Below, one piece after another: positions 15,051-28,830 of a stretch of 64,000 bases of DNA. The stretch spans positions 398,102,001 through 398,166,000 of the forward strand of contig OZ024741.1 in assembly GCA_964016885.1 (NCBI GenBank). The letters run 5' to 3'. The stretch is from Eledone cirrhosa (lineage: Eukaryota). The notes below the pieces were generated by a model. That model worked only from the letters and a program-made list of their open reading frames with translations, was not told the DNA's origin and did not search any database. Made by a program: the position numbers and the translations under genes. Every line of letters starts with the position of its first letter. Position 1 is the stretch's first letter.

Positions 15051-15930
15051 GAAATATAAAGTTGATTTGGGAATGTTGATTTACTCAGAATTTTTACATC
15101 CCAGCCAAAACGGAACTAAAACAACACTGAGAAGCTGGATTAAATTGTTTTGTTTTATCTGGTTGATTTTTTTTTGTGAAAAGGTATTAATGGCTTCTGT
15201 TCTCTTTCATCTTCCTAGCTATCTACTTGAGTTGGTTTAATCAATTACACTCCTTCATAGAAAAAAAAAAACACAACATATCCTACCTAACTGAAATATT
15301 GATGCCAAATATGAGATGTCAAGACTACCTGATCAATAATACAGAAACATGTCAGATTTTTCCTCCAGATTTTTTTGATTTTTTTATGTAGATGAGAGCC
15401 AAGAATTATGTTGAGAAAGCAGCAAGTTCTGAAGAGTCTATTAACCCTTTTGTTACCATATTTCTTATGAAAGACACTGACTATCATTTTCAAATAGTTA
15501 AGAATTTGAAGAGATTAATATAAGCTGCTATAATGTGAACTGACAGGACACAGTGTATCTAGGACTATCTGCTCCAATGTGTCATATTTTTTTAAGATGG
15601 TATGCAGAGATGGACTTTCACCTGCTGAGGCCCTAAGCTATATAAAATTGAGGACATTCTCTAAAAAAATCCAGGTAAAAAAATAAAAAATAATTATACC
15701 ATCTAACCCATGCTAGCGTGGAAGATGGACGTTAAATGATGATGATGATGATGATGATGATTATCATTTTTTAAATATTAATGTTAATGATAAAGGATGT
15801 ATAACACACACACACACACATATAGTTGAAAAATGAACAAACAAAACACAGGAGGCAAATTAATTACACAGTTATATTAAATTCACGCTTGGTAGAAGTG
15901 GAAGAGGTTTCACATATATATACATATATG

Positions 15931-16030
15931 TACAGGGTATCCCCCCAAAATGTATACATACTTCAACAGCATTCTAATATTGCCTGTACAGCTAATCAAA
16001 GTGTGAATACATTTTTTAGGATACCCTATA
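15931..16030. mobile_element. Tc1/mariner-type ~100-bp MITE
   Basis: TA|CAGGGTATCC.....AAAATGTAT...ATACATTTTTTAGGATACCCTA|TA inverted ends; second copy at 19585-19686. Confidence 0.75.
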
Positions 16031-16199
16031 TGAGCAAAACACGGTCACCTGACCCAACTTGCTTCTAATGGGACAAACCCGTCTAACCCATGCTAGTGTG
16101 GAAAATAGATGTTAAACGATGGTGATGATGATGATGATATATATGTATTTATTGGCATTGGATTTTAAAAATCCAATGCCAATAAATACACCAGGATTT

Positions 16200-16260
16200 T
16201 TTCATTCTGATGATTGAAAGCAAAATTTGTTTGCTTTTAAGAAACCACTGGTAAATGAAA
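16200..16260 (+). ncRNA. Type I hammerhead ribozyme motif
   Basis: TTTCATT-CTGATGA-TTGAAAGCAAA(ATTTG)TTTGCTTTTAA-GAAA-CCACTG-GTA|AATGAAA: 7-bp stem I, 11-bp stem II, short near-palindromic stem III, intact core; predicted cleavage after 16253. Confidence 0.8.
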
Positions 16261-16378
16261 TAATTGCCTTATGTTGTTTATTACATAACTATTAAGCTCT
16301 GTTACCTACATAGAGCACTCTTTTTTCCTGGACTTTTCCGACGGAATTACTTCATTTATATATATATATATATATATA

Positions 16379-17154
16379 TGTAGCGAAATCTGTCCGCGCC
16401 TTGAACTTTGGGTGATACCTAAAGATCAAATTTTAGATCACATCATTTATTGTGTTAACAGGTTGACAGGTTGATGCTTTGGCTGTCTCCTTAAGGTGTG
16501 GGGGGGGGGGGACAGGAAACGACAGGTATATAAAGCCTGTGCTATCATCCCACCCAAGGGATTACATTGGAGCATCCCAATACAGAACAAGCTATGTAAG
16601 GATTTACTGCTATCAATAGACCCCAAGGGTCTACAGACACAGAGATATCGAAGCGCTAGGATACACAACAAACTATGTAAGGATTCACCACTATCAACAG
16701 ACCCCATGAGGCCTACAGATACACACAGAGCGATTGGAACCCTACTCCTACAGACCATGTACAAACCACAGTGGTCTACAACTAATTACAGATCATTTAG
16801 AGATATACAAGCTATATCTCTCTCTCTCTTACTAACACAGTCTCACTACTACTACCACAGTCTCCAAATTCCAACAATAACAACAATTATATGTCGCTCG
16901 CTGTTTTCACACCAACAACAACAACAGACTACAACAGCCTCACATCAACAACAAAATAATATTGTCAATCTTTGCAACTTATGGTAACTTGTTTATTGTA
17001 CCTTTTAATTAATTCATGTGAAGTAAACTATATATAACCAAATCATATATTCTTTATATTCCTATTATACATTTACAATTATTATTCTTGTTATAATCAT
17101 TTCTAATAACCACATATAACCATCCTAACTTTTCATTATATACCCTTCGTTGCA
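16379..17154 (+). mobile_element. Possible solo LTR
   Basis: Starts TGTAGCGAA, possible end TTCGTTGCA (imperfect inverted ends), TATA-like GTATATAAAG near 16527, internal ~80-bp direct repeats. No target duplication or convincing PBS seen. Confidence 0.3.
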
Positions 17155-18132
17155 CCCGGCCGATTAACTCACTCGATATGCAAATTGGGCTGCTCAGCCG
17201 TTAATATGCATAAAGAAAGTATATACTTTCAGACGTTCAATCATCTGGCAGGAAGGTATACAGTGCTGACGATAGTTAATAAGCTTGAAACTATACATTG
17301 TTCCTTTGTCAGTGTTGAACAAAAGGGCAACGATGGTTGCTAAACACTGTATGGCTTAATTCGGGATATTTGTTTACAAACAAACCGAGCATTATAATAA
17401 ATGTTCGGTAAACCATACGTACATATATATATGTGTGCATGTATGTATATATATACATACTACTGTACGTCTGTATACATATATGTATGTACGTAGACAT
17501 ACTTATATATACATACATATATATATATGCAAAGTGGTGATGGAGGTGCCACAGCAAAAAAGCACCCAGCACTCACTGTAAATGAGGCTGGTGTTAGGAA
17601 CCGCATCCAGCTGTAGAAGTCAAGCCAGAATCAGTTCCCGTCCCACCCTTGAAAGCAGGGAAAAGCGGACGTAAAATGATGATGATGATGATGATATATA
17701 TATATGATGGCTTCCCCCTCGTTATCGAGTATGGCCATTGCACGATATACCATTATTAATAATTATTAATTAATTCTATCGTGCAATGTCTGTGCATGAA
17801 GATATTTTTTTAAATGAGGAAAGACTGTGCACTGAGCCAATCCCACTCTCTGAGAGACACTAGCTATAACCCGAAAAGAAGAAAAGATCAACATCATTGG
17901 TAACTACTGAGCTGCAGGTTTTATATCAGAGTTATCCCAGTTTCCTGAGTTGCCTTCTCCTAGAAGAATGCCCTGACAACGGCTAGAGGTCCGTCACTCC
18001 CAGTGGTTTAACCGCGCGGTACTTTCGGATGGCTGTTGACTCTTATGAGTTCTTCCACCCTTTATATACATATACATATACATACATATATATATATATA
18101 TATGTATATATATATGTATATATATACATATG

Positions 18133-18175
<43 letters not shown>

Positions 18176-18335
18176 TGAAAGGATAACAAGGACGATTGAT
18201 TAATCCTTAATTACATTTATTGGTAGGTGACGCGCGTTTCGCCACTGATCAGCTCAATGTTCGATCTGTATCGATCTTACCCTACTCAATAATCAGCAGC
18301 TCAACGGACCCTTTAAAATGGATATATATATATAT

Positions 18336-18826
18336 ATCATCATCATCACCGTTTTATGTCCGTTCTTCCATCACGCTAGCATGGGTTAGACGGGTTGTCC
18401 TTTGTGGGCAGTGTCCAGTCGGCTGACCTTGTCTTGCTCATAGGGGAACTGATTCTGGCTTGATTTCTACAGCTGGATGCCCTTCCTAACACCAACCTCA
18501 TTTACAGTGAGTGCTGGGTGCTTTTTTTCCGTGGCGCCTGCACGCCCACTTTACAGTGTGGGCTGGATGCTTTTTTGCCATGGCACCTCCACGACCACTT
18601 TGCAGTGAGAGGGGGTGGGGGCATATTGTCTATATGCTTCAGCTTCGGCGTTTTTCCATAGGAAGTCGGGTCTTCTGTATTATTGCGCGACTCCAGAGGT
18701 CATGGTTGTGTGTCATCGCCCTTGAGAGGTGCAATTGAGTAAAGTCGGCTTTTATCACCTCATCCCAGGTCTTCTGGGGTCACTCCACTCCGCGGCTTCC
18801 ATCGACTTCTAGAGCTCTACACCTTT
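18336..18826 (-). mobile_element. 5'-truncated RTE-clade LINE: ORF C-terminus plus 3' UTR and (ATG)n tail
   Basis: Minus strand translates RCRALEVDGSRGVE*PQKTWDEVIKADFTQLHLSRAMTHNHDLWSRAIIQKTR, homologous to RPRKTWAEVVRTDL of the 32-35 kb LINE; followed by 48-bp-type units, GGTGTTAGGAAGGGCATCCAGC and CCCATGCTAGC...GATGATG. Confidence 0.75.
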
Positions 18827-19584
18827 ATATATGTGTGTGTGTGTGTGTGTGTATACAATCACCCTTTGGTGTTGATTAATGTAAAGGAAGTATTTATTGT
18901 TCAGGCAGATATGAGAGTCCCCTCGGATATCACTGGTTGCAAGAGCATCACTTTAAATAAGAACAGTATTTACTAGAAGGAATTTATTTTTGGTGTTATG
19001 ATGTTTTGAGGTCGAAATCGTAGTCAATATAATATTTTATTACAAAGTTTTAATGTGAATTCCCATCAACTAGGTCAACTGTGAGCCTGTGTAGCGATGC
19101 AAACGCCTGTAGTGGATTTGAACCTAGAACCTACGAGATCATAGTCCAGTCTTAAGATCTACGACATCCACTTAATAATTTGATATTTATCATACATTAT
19201 GCAACGTTAAAAACTGCAGTGATTTTTCTTTTTAAAACGAATGCCATTAGAGCAAAGACAGGAAATATATGACAAGACAAGACAACCAGCTTTCTAAGCA
19301 GACGACGATAACGACGACCAATGAATGAATTAGATTTAAGAAATAGTTCCATCGATTAGTTAAAATGTTCGCACAATCTAAACATGTGACGTTTATTATC
19401 TTTTATACGTGTGTGTGTGAGAGAAAATATACAGGGATTGAAACGAAGTAATTTATATCATATGATATTTTTCACTTCAAATAAATTAATATTCCTCAAA
19501 TCAATTAAAAATGAATTGTAATGACTGTACAGTCAAGTCATATGTATATATATAAATATATATATATATATATGTATGTATGTA

Positions 19585-19682
19585 TACAGGATGTCCCAAA
19601 AAATGTATACACAGTTCAACAGCATTCTAATAAATATTGCCTGTACAAGAAATCAAAGTGTGTATATATTTTTGGGACACCC

Positions 19683-19686
<4 letters not shown>
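19585..19686. mobile_element. Tc1/mariner-type ~100-bp MITE, second copy
   Basis: Homologous to 15931-16030; TA-flanked inverted ends. Confidence 0.75.
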
Positions 19687-19719
<33 letters not shown>

Positions 19720-20574
19720 AATCACAGTAAATAATATATATACATATTGTTATACTTTGGGAGGGTCATGCTGGCAATAAAAACGAAGTATATACACACA
19801 CATATATATATATATATATACAATAGGTATAAATCGAAGTTGTAGCGTCAGTATAGCAGATATATATATATATGTAAACATAGTAAATAATATATATATA
19901 TATAGTGGATTCCTCCACTATATATATATATATATATATACACACACATATGTAAGCTGGTAGTGGTTGCGTTTATCATAATTACATACACGATGGCTAT
20001 ATTAACATATAATAAAGACAGTAGCAAATGCTAGAAATAAATAAACTGACAATGAAAGCCAGTATGGAGATGTTTCGGATCCCTTTTCCTTTTGCTTTTT
20101 TTGAATATAAATCTTATTTCACTTCATTTATATCAATAACACCCTCCAGAAAAAAAAAATCAACATCCTATTATCTCATTTCCTAATAAATTTAAAACCA
20201 CGTCCCTTGATAAGAAAACAGTATTATAATATATAATATATATAATATAGTAATATAATATATATAATATGAGATTGTTGTAAAATAAAATGTAACGCAC
20301 TCCCAACAATATATATATAAAAAAAACAAAGGTTTATATCCAATATTAACATTTCAGCAGCATATATTTTTGACATTATTTAATATTGATATTAATGAAA
20401 TAATATATATTTAGGCATAAATATTAACTAACACATTAAAAAAAAATTATTAAGGGTTTTATAATAAAAATCATTATTAAGGTTATTGTTTTTCTAAACA
20501 GTGTCCCTGCTACTGTAAATATGTTGTTGGCTTTAATATTATGTCTTTTCCTGATTACATTGATTTCTTAGTCA

Positions 20575-20700
20575 CTCTCTCTCTCTCTCTCTATTCACTG
20601 CGGGACTAACATACATGACGTCAGTGTGTGCATCGCATTCACTTCTGTTTACAAACGTTTTCTCTTTCTACCTGTGGTCATTTTGCTGACGAGAACCTTT
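20575..20700 (+). promoter_or_regulatory. Putative proximal promoter of the SYAP1-like gene
   Basis: Perfect CRE palindrome TGACGTCA at 20616-20623 and forkhead site TGTTTAC at 20646-20652, about 200 bp upstream of the ATG. Transcription start not determinable. Confidence 0.45.
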
Positions 20701-20822
20701 TTGTTTTATATATATATATTTATATATATATATATCTGCCTTTTTTATTGTTGAAGTGAAACCCCCAAACAGACAAAGTGGAGTCGTTTTCAGTAGGAAA
20801 CAGGCTGAAAAACACGGCCAAC

Positions 20823-21333
20823 ATGTTTAACGCCGTGTCAAGTTGGTGGGGTGCCATTCAGAAAAAGGATTCTGATGGCAACCCAACAACTGAAGAATCA
20901 GCCGATGCGCAACCGACTCAAGAGGGCAAAGAAGACATTCAACAACCAGAAAGCAGTACTAATGAAACATTATCTAGTTCTGCAGCTGCTGCACCTGGTC
21001 CTACAGCAATATCAACTTCAGTTGTCAGTGGTAGTACTGCTGGTGGTGCTGGTGCTGTTGCTGGTGCATCAAGTGGCGATGAATCTCCCGTCACTGAATC
21101 AGCTTCAGAACAAAGTGGCTCTGAGACAGCAGTTGCTCCTAATATTCCTCCTTTGCCTGGCAAGAAAAAACAACGGAAAGGTGGAGCCAATTCGGATGCA
21201 TCCGAACCTTTGAGCAGCAGTGATGACGAAGATGCCGAAGGCCCTGATAAAGTAGATGAAAAGATCGAAGCTGCCAAGCAAGCCATCGAAGATGTTTCAA
21301 CTAAAGCAGTCAGCGCTGCTAAGGAATGGGGAA
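20823..21333 (+). CDS. SYAP1: Synapse-associated protein 1 (SYAP1/Sap47 homologue), coding exon 1
   Basis: MFNAVSSWWG start resembles SYAP1 MFRGLSSWLG; acidic low-complexity middle; ends AVSAAKEWG (cf. AKDFG) followed by phase-1 donor A|GTAGGT at 21334 that joins exon 2 in frame. Confidence 0.88.
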
Positions 21334-21414
21334 GTAGGTGTAACTTTTATTTTAAAAAATCTTTCTATTTAATGTCTAATGTATGTTGTATGATATGCTG
21401 TAAGATAAATGGAC

Positions 21415-22209
21415 GTGTACGTGTGTGTCTATGTATGTATCTAATTGTGTGTATGTATATCTATTTGTGTGTACGTGTGTGTCTATGTATGTATGTAATT
21501 GTGTGTATGTACGTATATGTATTTGTATGTATGTGTATTTGTGTGTATATACGTATATGTATTTGTGTGTATATACGTATATGTATTTGTGTGTATATAC
21601 GTATATGTATTTGTGTGTATGTACGTATATATTTGTGTGTATGTGTGTATATGTATTTGTGTGTATGTACGTATATGTATTTGTGTATGTACGTATATGT
21701 ATTTGTGTGTATATGTATGTAATTGTTTGTATGTGTGTATGTACGTATATGTATTTGTGTGTATGTACGTATATGTATGTAATTGTTTGTATGTGCGTAT
21801 ATGTATTTGTGTATGTGCGTATATGTATTTGTGTATGTACGTATATGTATTTGTGTGTATGTACGTATATGTATGTAATTGTTTGTATGTGCGTATATGT
21901 ATTTGTGTGTATGTGTATTTAATTGTGTGTATGTATGTATTTGTGTGCGTGTATATATATATATATATACACACACAAATACATATATTAATATATAACC
22001 AATATATAGTATATTTATATATATATATATATATTATATATTATGTGCTGTTGGCTTTTCGCTGCAGTGTTTTCTATACCTTTCATTTATATATATATAT
22101 ATATTATATATATATTTGTAGGAACAAGGTGTCAGATATATATATATACATATATGTCTACATATGTATTTATGTGTGTGTATGTATGTATTTAATTGTG
22201 TTGTGTGTG

Positions 22210-22245
<36 letters not shown>

Positions 22246-22365
22246 CACAAGTCTACATATGTATATATATCTGTGTTTGTATGTATTTGATTATATATAT
22301 GTCTGTATTTGTGTGTATTTAATTATATATATATATATATATATATCTGTGTTAGTGTGTATGTA

Positions 22366-22418
<53 letters not shown>

Positions 22419-22631
22419 GTGTTAGTGTGTATGTATTTAATTATATATATATATATATATATCTGTGTTAGTGTGTATGTATTTATATATATATATGTAT
22501 ATATAATATATATATATATATAATGTATTTTCTTCGCATAGTCACGACACAATCTTTCGACTCGTTTCTCCCACATGTCTGGCTGCCTGTCGATCGATGA
22601 TCAATCTTCCTTTCTCTCTATAAATATGGAT

Positions 22632-22670
<39 letters not shown>

Positions 22671-22980
22671 TGTGTGTGGTGTGTGTGTGTAATTATATAT
22701 ACACCCCTTTGTCTCTCTCTATATATATATACGATATTAAATAAATGGAAACTATATTTATAAAACCATATTTATTTCATTATACATATTTCAGGGATAC
22801 CAAATTAAAATATGGTATGCCTTCATCAGACAAAATACAATATATAAACAGTTTTATAAATCTCTCTCTCTCTCTCCCATTTATTTAATATCGTATATCT
22901 ACTCCAAAAATTTGTCGAGTGCTTTATATCAGTTATAAAATATTTACTTGTTGTATCCCAACAATTTTAAATAGAACTTT

Positions 22981-23020
<40 letters not shown>

Positions 23021-23217
23021 TGTATAGTTATATACATATCTGTGTATAATTATATATACATCTCTTTGTCTCTCTCTTTATATACATACACACATAATAT
23101 AATATATATATACATAATATAATATATATATATATAATGTGTGTATATATATATATATAATTATATATATATCTATATATCTATTTATGTATGTATATAT
23201 ATATATATATATATCTT

Positions 23218-23264
<47 letters not shown>

Positions 23265-23351
23265 TCCTATATATATATATATATATATATATCTTCCTAT
23301 ATATATATATATATATATATCTTCCTATATATATATATATATATATATCTT

Positions 23352-23384
<33 letters not shown>

Positions 23385-23385
23385 T

Positions 23386-23418
<33 letters not shown>

Positions 23419-23420
23419 TG

Positions 23421-23452
<32 letters not shown>

Positions 23453-23453
23453 T

Positions 23454-23490
<37 letters not shown>

Positions 23491-23595
23491 TCCTATATAT
23501 ATATATATATATATCTTCCTATATATATATATATATATATATATCTTCCTATATATATATATCTTCCTATATATATATATATATATATATATCTT

Positions 23596-23628
<33 letters not shown>

Positions 23629-23647
23629 TCCTATATATATATATCTT

Positions 23648-23721
<74 letters not shown>

Positions 23722-23727
23722 CTTCCT

Positions 23728-23762
<35 letters not shown>

Positions 23763-23765
23763 CTT

Positions 23766-23828
<63 letters not shown>

Positions 23829-23829
23829 T

Positions 23830-23868
<39 letters not shown>

Positions 23869-23871
23869 TCC

Positions 23872-23913
<42 letters not shown>

Positions 23914-23916
23914 TCC

Positions 23917-23947
<31 letters not shown>

Positions 23948-23948
23948 T

Positions 23949-23981
<33 letters not shown>

Positions 23982-23984
23982 TCC

Positions 23985-24015
<31 letters not shown>

Positions 24016-24042
24016 TCCTATATATATATATATATCTCTTCC

Positions 24043-24083
<41 letters not shown>

Positions 24084-24146
24084 CTTCCTATTTATGTATG
24101 TATATATATATATATGTCCCGCCCTTGCAAGCAGGGAAAAGCGGAC

Positions 24147-24185
<39 letters not shown>

Positions 24186-24190
24186 TGTAT
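21415..24190. repeat. TA/TG-rich microsatellite field including (TA)n-TCTTCC units at about 23195-24090
   Basis: Directly visible; source of the IYIY/CVCV pseudo-ORFs. Confidence 0.95.
22773..22837 (-). ncRNA. Type I hammerhead ribozyme motif (same family as 54921 and 55064)
   Basis: Minus strand: TATTTTGT-CTGATGA-AGGCATACCA(loop)TGGTATCCCT-GAAA-TATGTATA|ATGAAATA; stem I 8 bp with two G-U, stem II 10 positions with one C-C mismatch. Confidence 0.7.
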
Positions 24191-24340
24191 ACATCTTTCA
24201 TTATCTATCTATCTATCCTGCCGAGGTTAACTGCCTTTCATCCTTACGGGGTCGATAAAATAAAGTACCAGTAATGCACTGGGTATTTACTGGCCTTGTG
24301 CCTAACGTAGAAACAATTATCTATCTATCTATATTGGTAA

Positions 24341-24844
24341 TATTGCCGAATATGTGCGTAAGAAAACGTCCTTGACTTTCGCATTAATTTCATTATAAAA
24401 AAGGGGAAAGTGAAATATGGACTATAGAATATTGATTATTGATTTCTAAACACTATAGAGTATAGCTTCTATCTGCATTTATAAAATGACAAATCCCAGA
24501 TATTTACCCACACCAAATTATAATTTAGGGGAAATTCATTTGGGAAATTATGGAGACATTGACTATAAAATAGAATTTTTGAAGACGTATATTCTTTAAT
24601 TGAGTTTAAATGACTCTTGTGGAGATGAATTAAGTAAATTAAGACTAAATTAATTGAAATGGATGATGTAGGTGGTGTTATTAAAATAATTGTTGTAAAG
24701 TAGAATTTATCAATCAAGAAGAATTTATCCTTTCATAAGAGTAAATTAAAATGAGAAGAAATAATTGAGACATTTCAGCTATTTTTTAAATACTGAAGTA
24801 ATGTGGAGGTCAAGGACGTTTCCTAACGTACGTATTCGGCAATA
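24341..24844. mobile_element. ~500-bp MITE with ~35-bp terminal inverted repeats
   Basis: TA|TTGCCGAATATGTGCGTAAGAAAACGTCCTTGAC ... GTCAAGGACGTTTCCTAACGTACGTATTCGGCAA|TA; AT-rich non-coding interior. Confidence 0.75.
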
Positions 24845-24854
24845 TATATACTAG

Positions 24855-24921
<67 letters not shown>

Positions 24922-25234
24922 TACACACACACCGTATTGGTGTCATTGACATTAGGTTTTGAAATATGAAAGTTAAAATATTGCTTTGCGTTGACTGGAT
25001 TCGTTTTCCATGATTCCTGGGAAAACCTGTTCGTTAGCTGCTACAGAGGGAGTCATCTAAATATCGATCTATGTATTTTTCTCTCTCTCTCTCTCTCTCC
25101 CCCCTCTCTCTCTCTAGAGATGGATGGATAGATAAATGTGTAAGTGCTCTGAGGTCTTGGATTTTTAGCTTCAATGCTCATTGAGCGATCATAAAGCCAC
25201 ATGATTGCTATATTATATGCCAATCTCCTTTTGT

Positions 25235-25265
<31 letters not shown>

Positions 25266-25442
25266 AAGCGAGGTTTCACATTAAAGTTAAAGTCTTAATT
25301 GATTATACACAATTACGACTGTTTCATTATATATATAATTGTTTCTACTTTAGGCACAAGGCCAGCAAATACCCAGTGCATTACTGGTACTTTATTTTAT
25401 CGACCCCGTAAGGAATATATATAATATTTATCTGGTATATTT

Positions 25443-25630
25443 AATATAGAAATGACATCTACAGGACTAGAACTGTTTCTTTCCTTTGAAATCATCAGTG
25501 GTGATTTAACAAGTGGGAAAACCCCCGTCCAAACCCATGCAAGCGTGGAACACGGACGCTAAACCTGATGATGATGATGATGATGATGATGAAACAGTTC
25601 TAGACTGGTAGAAGTAATTTCTATATTGAA
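25443..25630. mobile_element. Penelope-like terminal repeat fragments in inverted arrangement, with a degenerate minus-strand hammerhead (25451-25507)
   Basis: Minus strand CTGATGA-TTTC(AAAG)GAAA-GAAA-CAG(TTCTAGTC)CTG-TA, stem I poorly paired; inverted partial copy GAAACAGTTCTAGACTGGTAGAAG at 25590-25630. Confidence 0.5.
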
Positions 25631-26667
25631 TAAATAATTGTTTCTACTTTTGGCACAAGGCCAGCAAATACCCAGTACATTACTGGTACTTTATTTTATC
25701 GACCCCGTAGGGATGAAAGGCAAAGTTAACCTCGACGATTGAATAAGTAATGTACTCTCTCCATTTAATGTATTGAGTGCCTTATTGGACTGAGGTTTAT
25801 TTCCTTTCTTATCCAGAAAACTATTCTTAATCCTATATCATCATCACCATATATATATATATATATATATATACATACAAACTGTAAAGTGGTCATGTAG
25901 GTATGACAAAAGGCACCAAGTACTCACTGTAAATGTAGTTGGTGTTAAGAAGGGCATCCAGCTGTAGAAAGCAAGCCAAAATCAGTTGTGTGAGCAAGAC
26001 ACAGTCACCTGATCTGACTTGTCTCACAACAACTCATCTAACCCATGCTAGCGAGGGAAAATGGACATGAAAAGGTGATGATGATGATGATATATATATA
26101 TTATAAAGAGTTGGGACCCTACAGCTGAGTTCTTGCCATTTCAACAGTTAGTCTAAATACAGTCAGTAGGCACCTTAACCAAATATACACCCCAACCCAC
26201 TATCCCTATTCCATCCTCCCACTCCCACCAACACCACCCTTTTTCTGTAAAGTTATGTTGGTACCACAACATCCAGTCCAAAATAAATGAGGTCGTGTAG
26301 GTGTCACAACAAAAAAACACACAGTCTACGCTGTAATGTGGTTGTGTAGGTAACACGGTAAAAAGCTCCCAGTCCACACTGTAAATGTGGTTGGTGTTAG
26401 GAAGGGCATCCAGCCATAGAAAACCTGCCAGATAGTCCTATACGAATGAGACACAGTCATCCAACCAATCTTGCCTCAAGTGGGACAATTCCGGTCTAAC
26501 CCATGCTAGCATGGAAGATAGATGTTAAATGATGATGATGATATAAACTCATATAAGTGCCTGAAGAAAGGTCTTGTATTCTGGAGGTATGGTCAAATTT
26601 GGACCTTGAAACCTGAAACCTTAGGTAGCGCTTTTGTTCTGTGTATGAACATAAATAATATAATATA

Positions 26668-27119
26668 CTAACAGTGGTACCCGGCGTTGCACGGGATAAG
26701 GTATTTTGGAACGCGGGTTGCCAACAGACCTAATCGTGGAAAAACTGCATGCCTCGACAATATGTAAAGAAAATAAACCGAATACTCTGATGGCTGGATA
26801 ATCTTGAAGATTTTCCTCGATGAAGCAGGAAAAATGCAGGTTTTCACCTAATGCGGGCCCTAGGGGATCAAGAAAATGAATTTTTTTTATGTGCATAATA
26901 TGCCTTGAAATTTCTGGAAAATCGGCTAGACGTAACGCCTCAAAAAAGCCCTAAAAGGCTGAAAAAAAAATGAAGTTTTTTACCTAGGGGATCAAAAAGT
27001 TGAATAAATACATATGTAAAGTTTGCAAAAAATTGGTTGGGTACTTCTTGAGTTTTAGGGATTCAAACTCACAGACACACACACACACATACAGACATCC
27101 TCAGTTTTATATATATAGA
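26668..27119 (-). mobile_element. Non-autonomous Helitron
   Basis: Minus strand begins A|TCTATATATATAAAA and ends CCCGTGCAACGCCGGG hairpin then TACCACTGTTAG|T, inserted in an AT dinucleotide without duplication. Confidence 0.8.
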
Positions 27120-27650
27120 TTACTGCTCTCTTCCTGGTTGAGCAGTTTTTCTTTTCACACCTATAGATATTGCTACATATACATACACACATAGACACAC
27201 ACATATATATATATGAGATGTCCCCAATTTCTCAAAGCATCTTCCCCACCCCTCCCAAGTTCCCAACCTCCTCTATAAAGTGATGCCCTCTGGAGTCATG
27301 ACAAAATAGCCCAGCCCACTATAGTGGTTGTGTAGGTGTCATGACAAAAGCGAGCACCTAGTCCACAATGTAAAGTGGTCGTGTAGGTATCATGAAAAAA
27401 AGCACCCAGTCTTCACTGTAAACGTGGTTGGTGTTAGGAAGGGCATCCAGCCATAGAAACTAAGCCAAATCAGTTCTGAATGAGCAAATCACGGTCTTCC
27501 GACCTCATCCCTCACAAAAGGACAGCCCGTCCTACCCATGCTAGCGTGGAAGATGGATGTTGAATGATGATGATGATGATACAACTAAGAAGTAACTATA
27601 TGGGTGTATCAAATATCTACTAACACACAGTTATATGTAGATTTATACAC

Positions 27651-27685
<35 letters not shown>

Positions 27686-28419
27686 CAGACACACCATCAT
27701 CATTGTTTAACATCTATTTTTCCATGCTTGCATGGGTTAGATGGGTTGTCATGTTATGAGATAGGGCAGGTCAGGTGACCACGTCTTGCTCATACAGATC
27801 TGTATTTTAGTTTAATTTCTATGGCTGGATACCCTTCTCAATGTCAGCCACGTTACAGTGTGAACTGTCTACTTTTTATTATATCTCCAAAACAACCATC
27901 TAACAGGACAGACTGAATGATTTGTCATCATGTCACCAGCACAAACACCTTATAGGGTGGACTGGGCACTTTTTGTCATGTCATTAACACAACCTCTTTA
28001 TAGGATGGACTGGATGCTTTTTGTCATGTCACTAACATGACCTTAGAGTGGACTGGAGGCTTGTTTTGTTTTCATGTCACTAATACAGCGACCATTGTAC
28101 ACCGTGGACTTGGGAGCTTCTTGTGTCACTAGCATAACTACTTTTGTGCTTTTTTTTGTCATGGCAGCAACATCGTGAGAAATCAAATGTCCAGCTTTCC
28201 ATGCATGGGTTGGGCAGGAGAGGTGTGAAGGTCAAAGGGAGGTAATGAAAAGTTCAACATAAACATAGTGAGTGGGAAGTTTAGTTAATGAGGTGGGGGG
28301 GGGGGGGTATTTAGAGCGAAGATAGTGAATGGGTGAGGGGTATGAAGAAGATTGGTGTAGATAAGTGTCCAATGTATTATAATAAAAGACATGATTGTTG
28401 GACAACCACTTTGTGATAC

Positions 28420-28830
28420 ATTTAAAATAATAATAGTGAAAATTATTATATACAGTACTAAGGTGCACTACAACTCATCAAAGGTGCATATATAATACAT
28501 AAAATAATGTACAAAAGTCAGGAAAGTGAACAGTCTATGAGTCTTGATATACACACATACATGTGTGAGTGTGTATGGAGAGCGGAATATCAGGTGCAGT
28601 GTTGATGAATTTCAGGAACCATGGAAGTTTTAAGGATGCAGTGTCCTGACAGCTAACAACTGATGCAGGCAGTTAGTTCCATGCTTCAACAACTCTGAGT
28701 GTGAAAACATGTTTCCGAAAGTCATGGGAGCTGTACTGTTTTCTGATTTTGTAAGCATGTCCACGTGTGTTAGACAAATGGAATTCAAAAAGGTGCTCAG
28801 GGTTGTTGTTGGAAAGATGGTTAATAATTC
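28420..28830 (-). mobile_element. CR1-group LINE 3' fragment
   Basis: Minus strand translates EHLFEFHLSNTRGHAYKIRKQYSSHDFRKHVFTLRVVEAWN*LPASVV, the TRGH...RVV..WN.LP C-terminal signature, followed by a 3' UTR ending in ATT repeats. Confidence 0.8.

Noticed and set aside
20778-21722. 314-aa ORF taken as a single-exon gene
   Set aside because: Starts at GTG upstream of the homologous ATG and reads through the donor at 21334 into microsatellite.
21425-23882. Cys/Tyr/Ile-rich ORFs
   Set aside because: Translations of TA/TG microsatellites.
25565-25615. Sense-strand CTGATGA...GAAACAG...GTA hammerhead
   Set aside because: The CTGATGA comes from a (GAT)n retroelement tail and there is no stem II.
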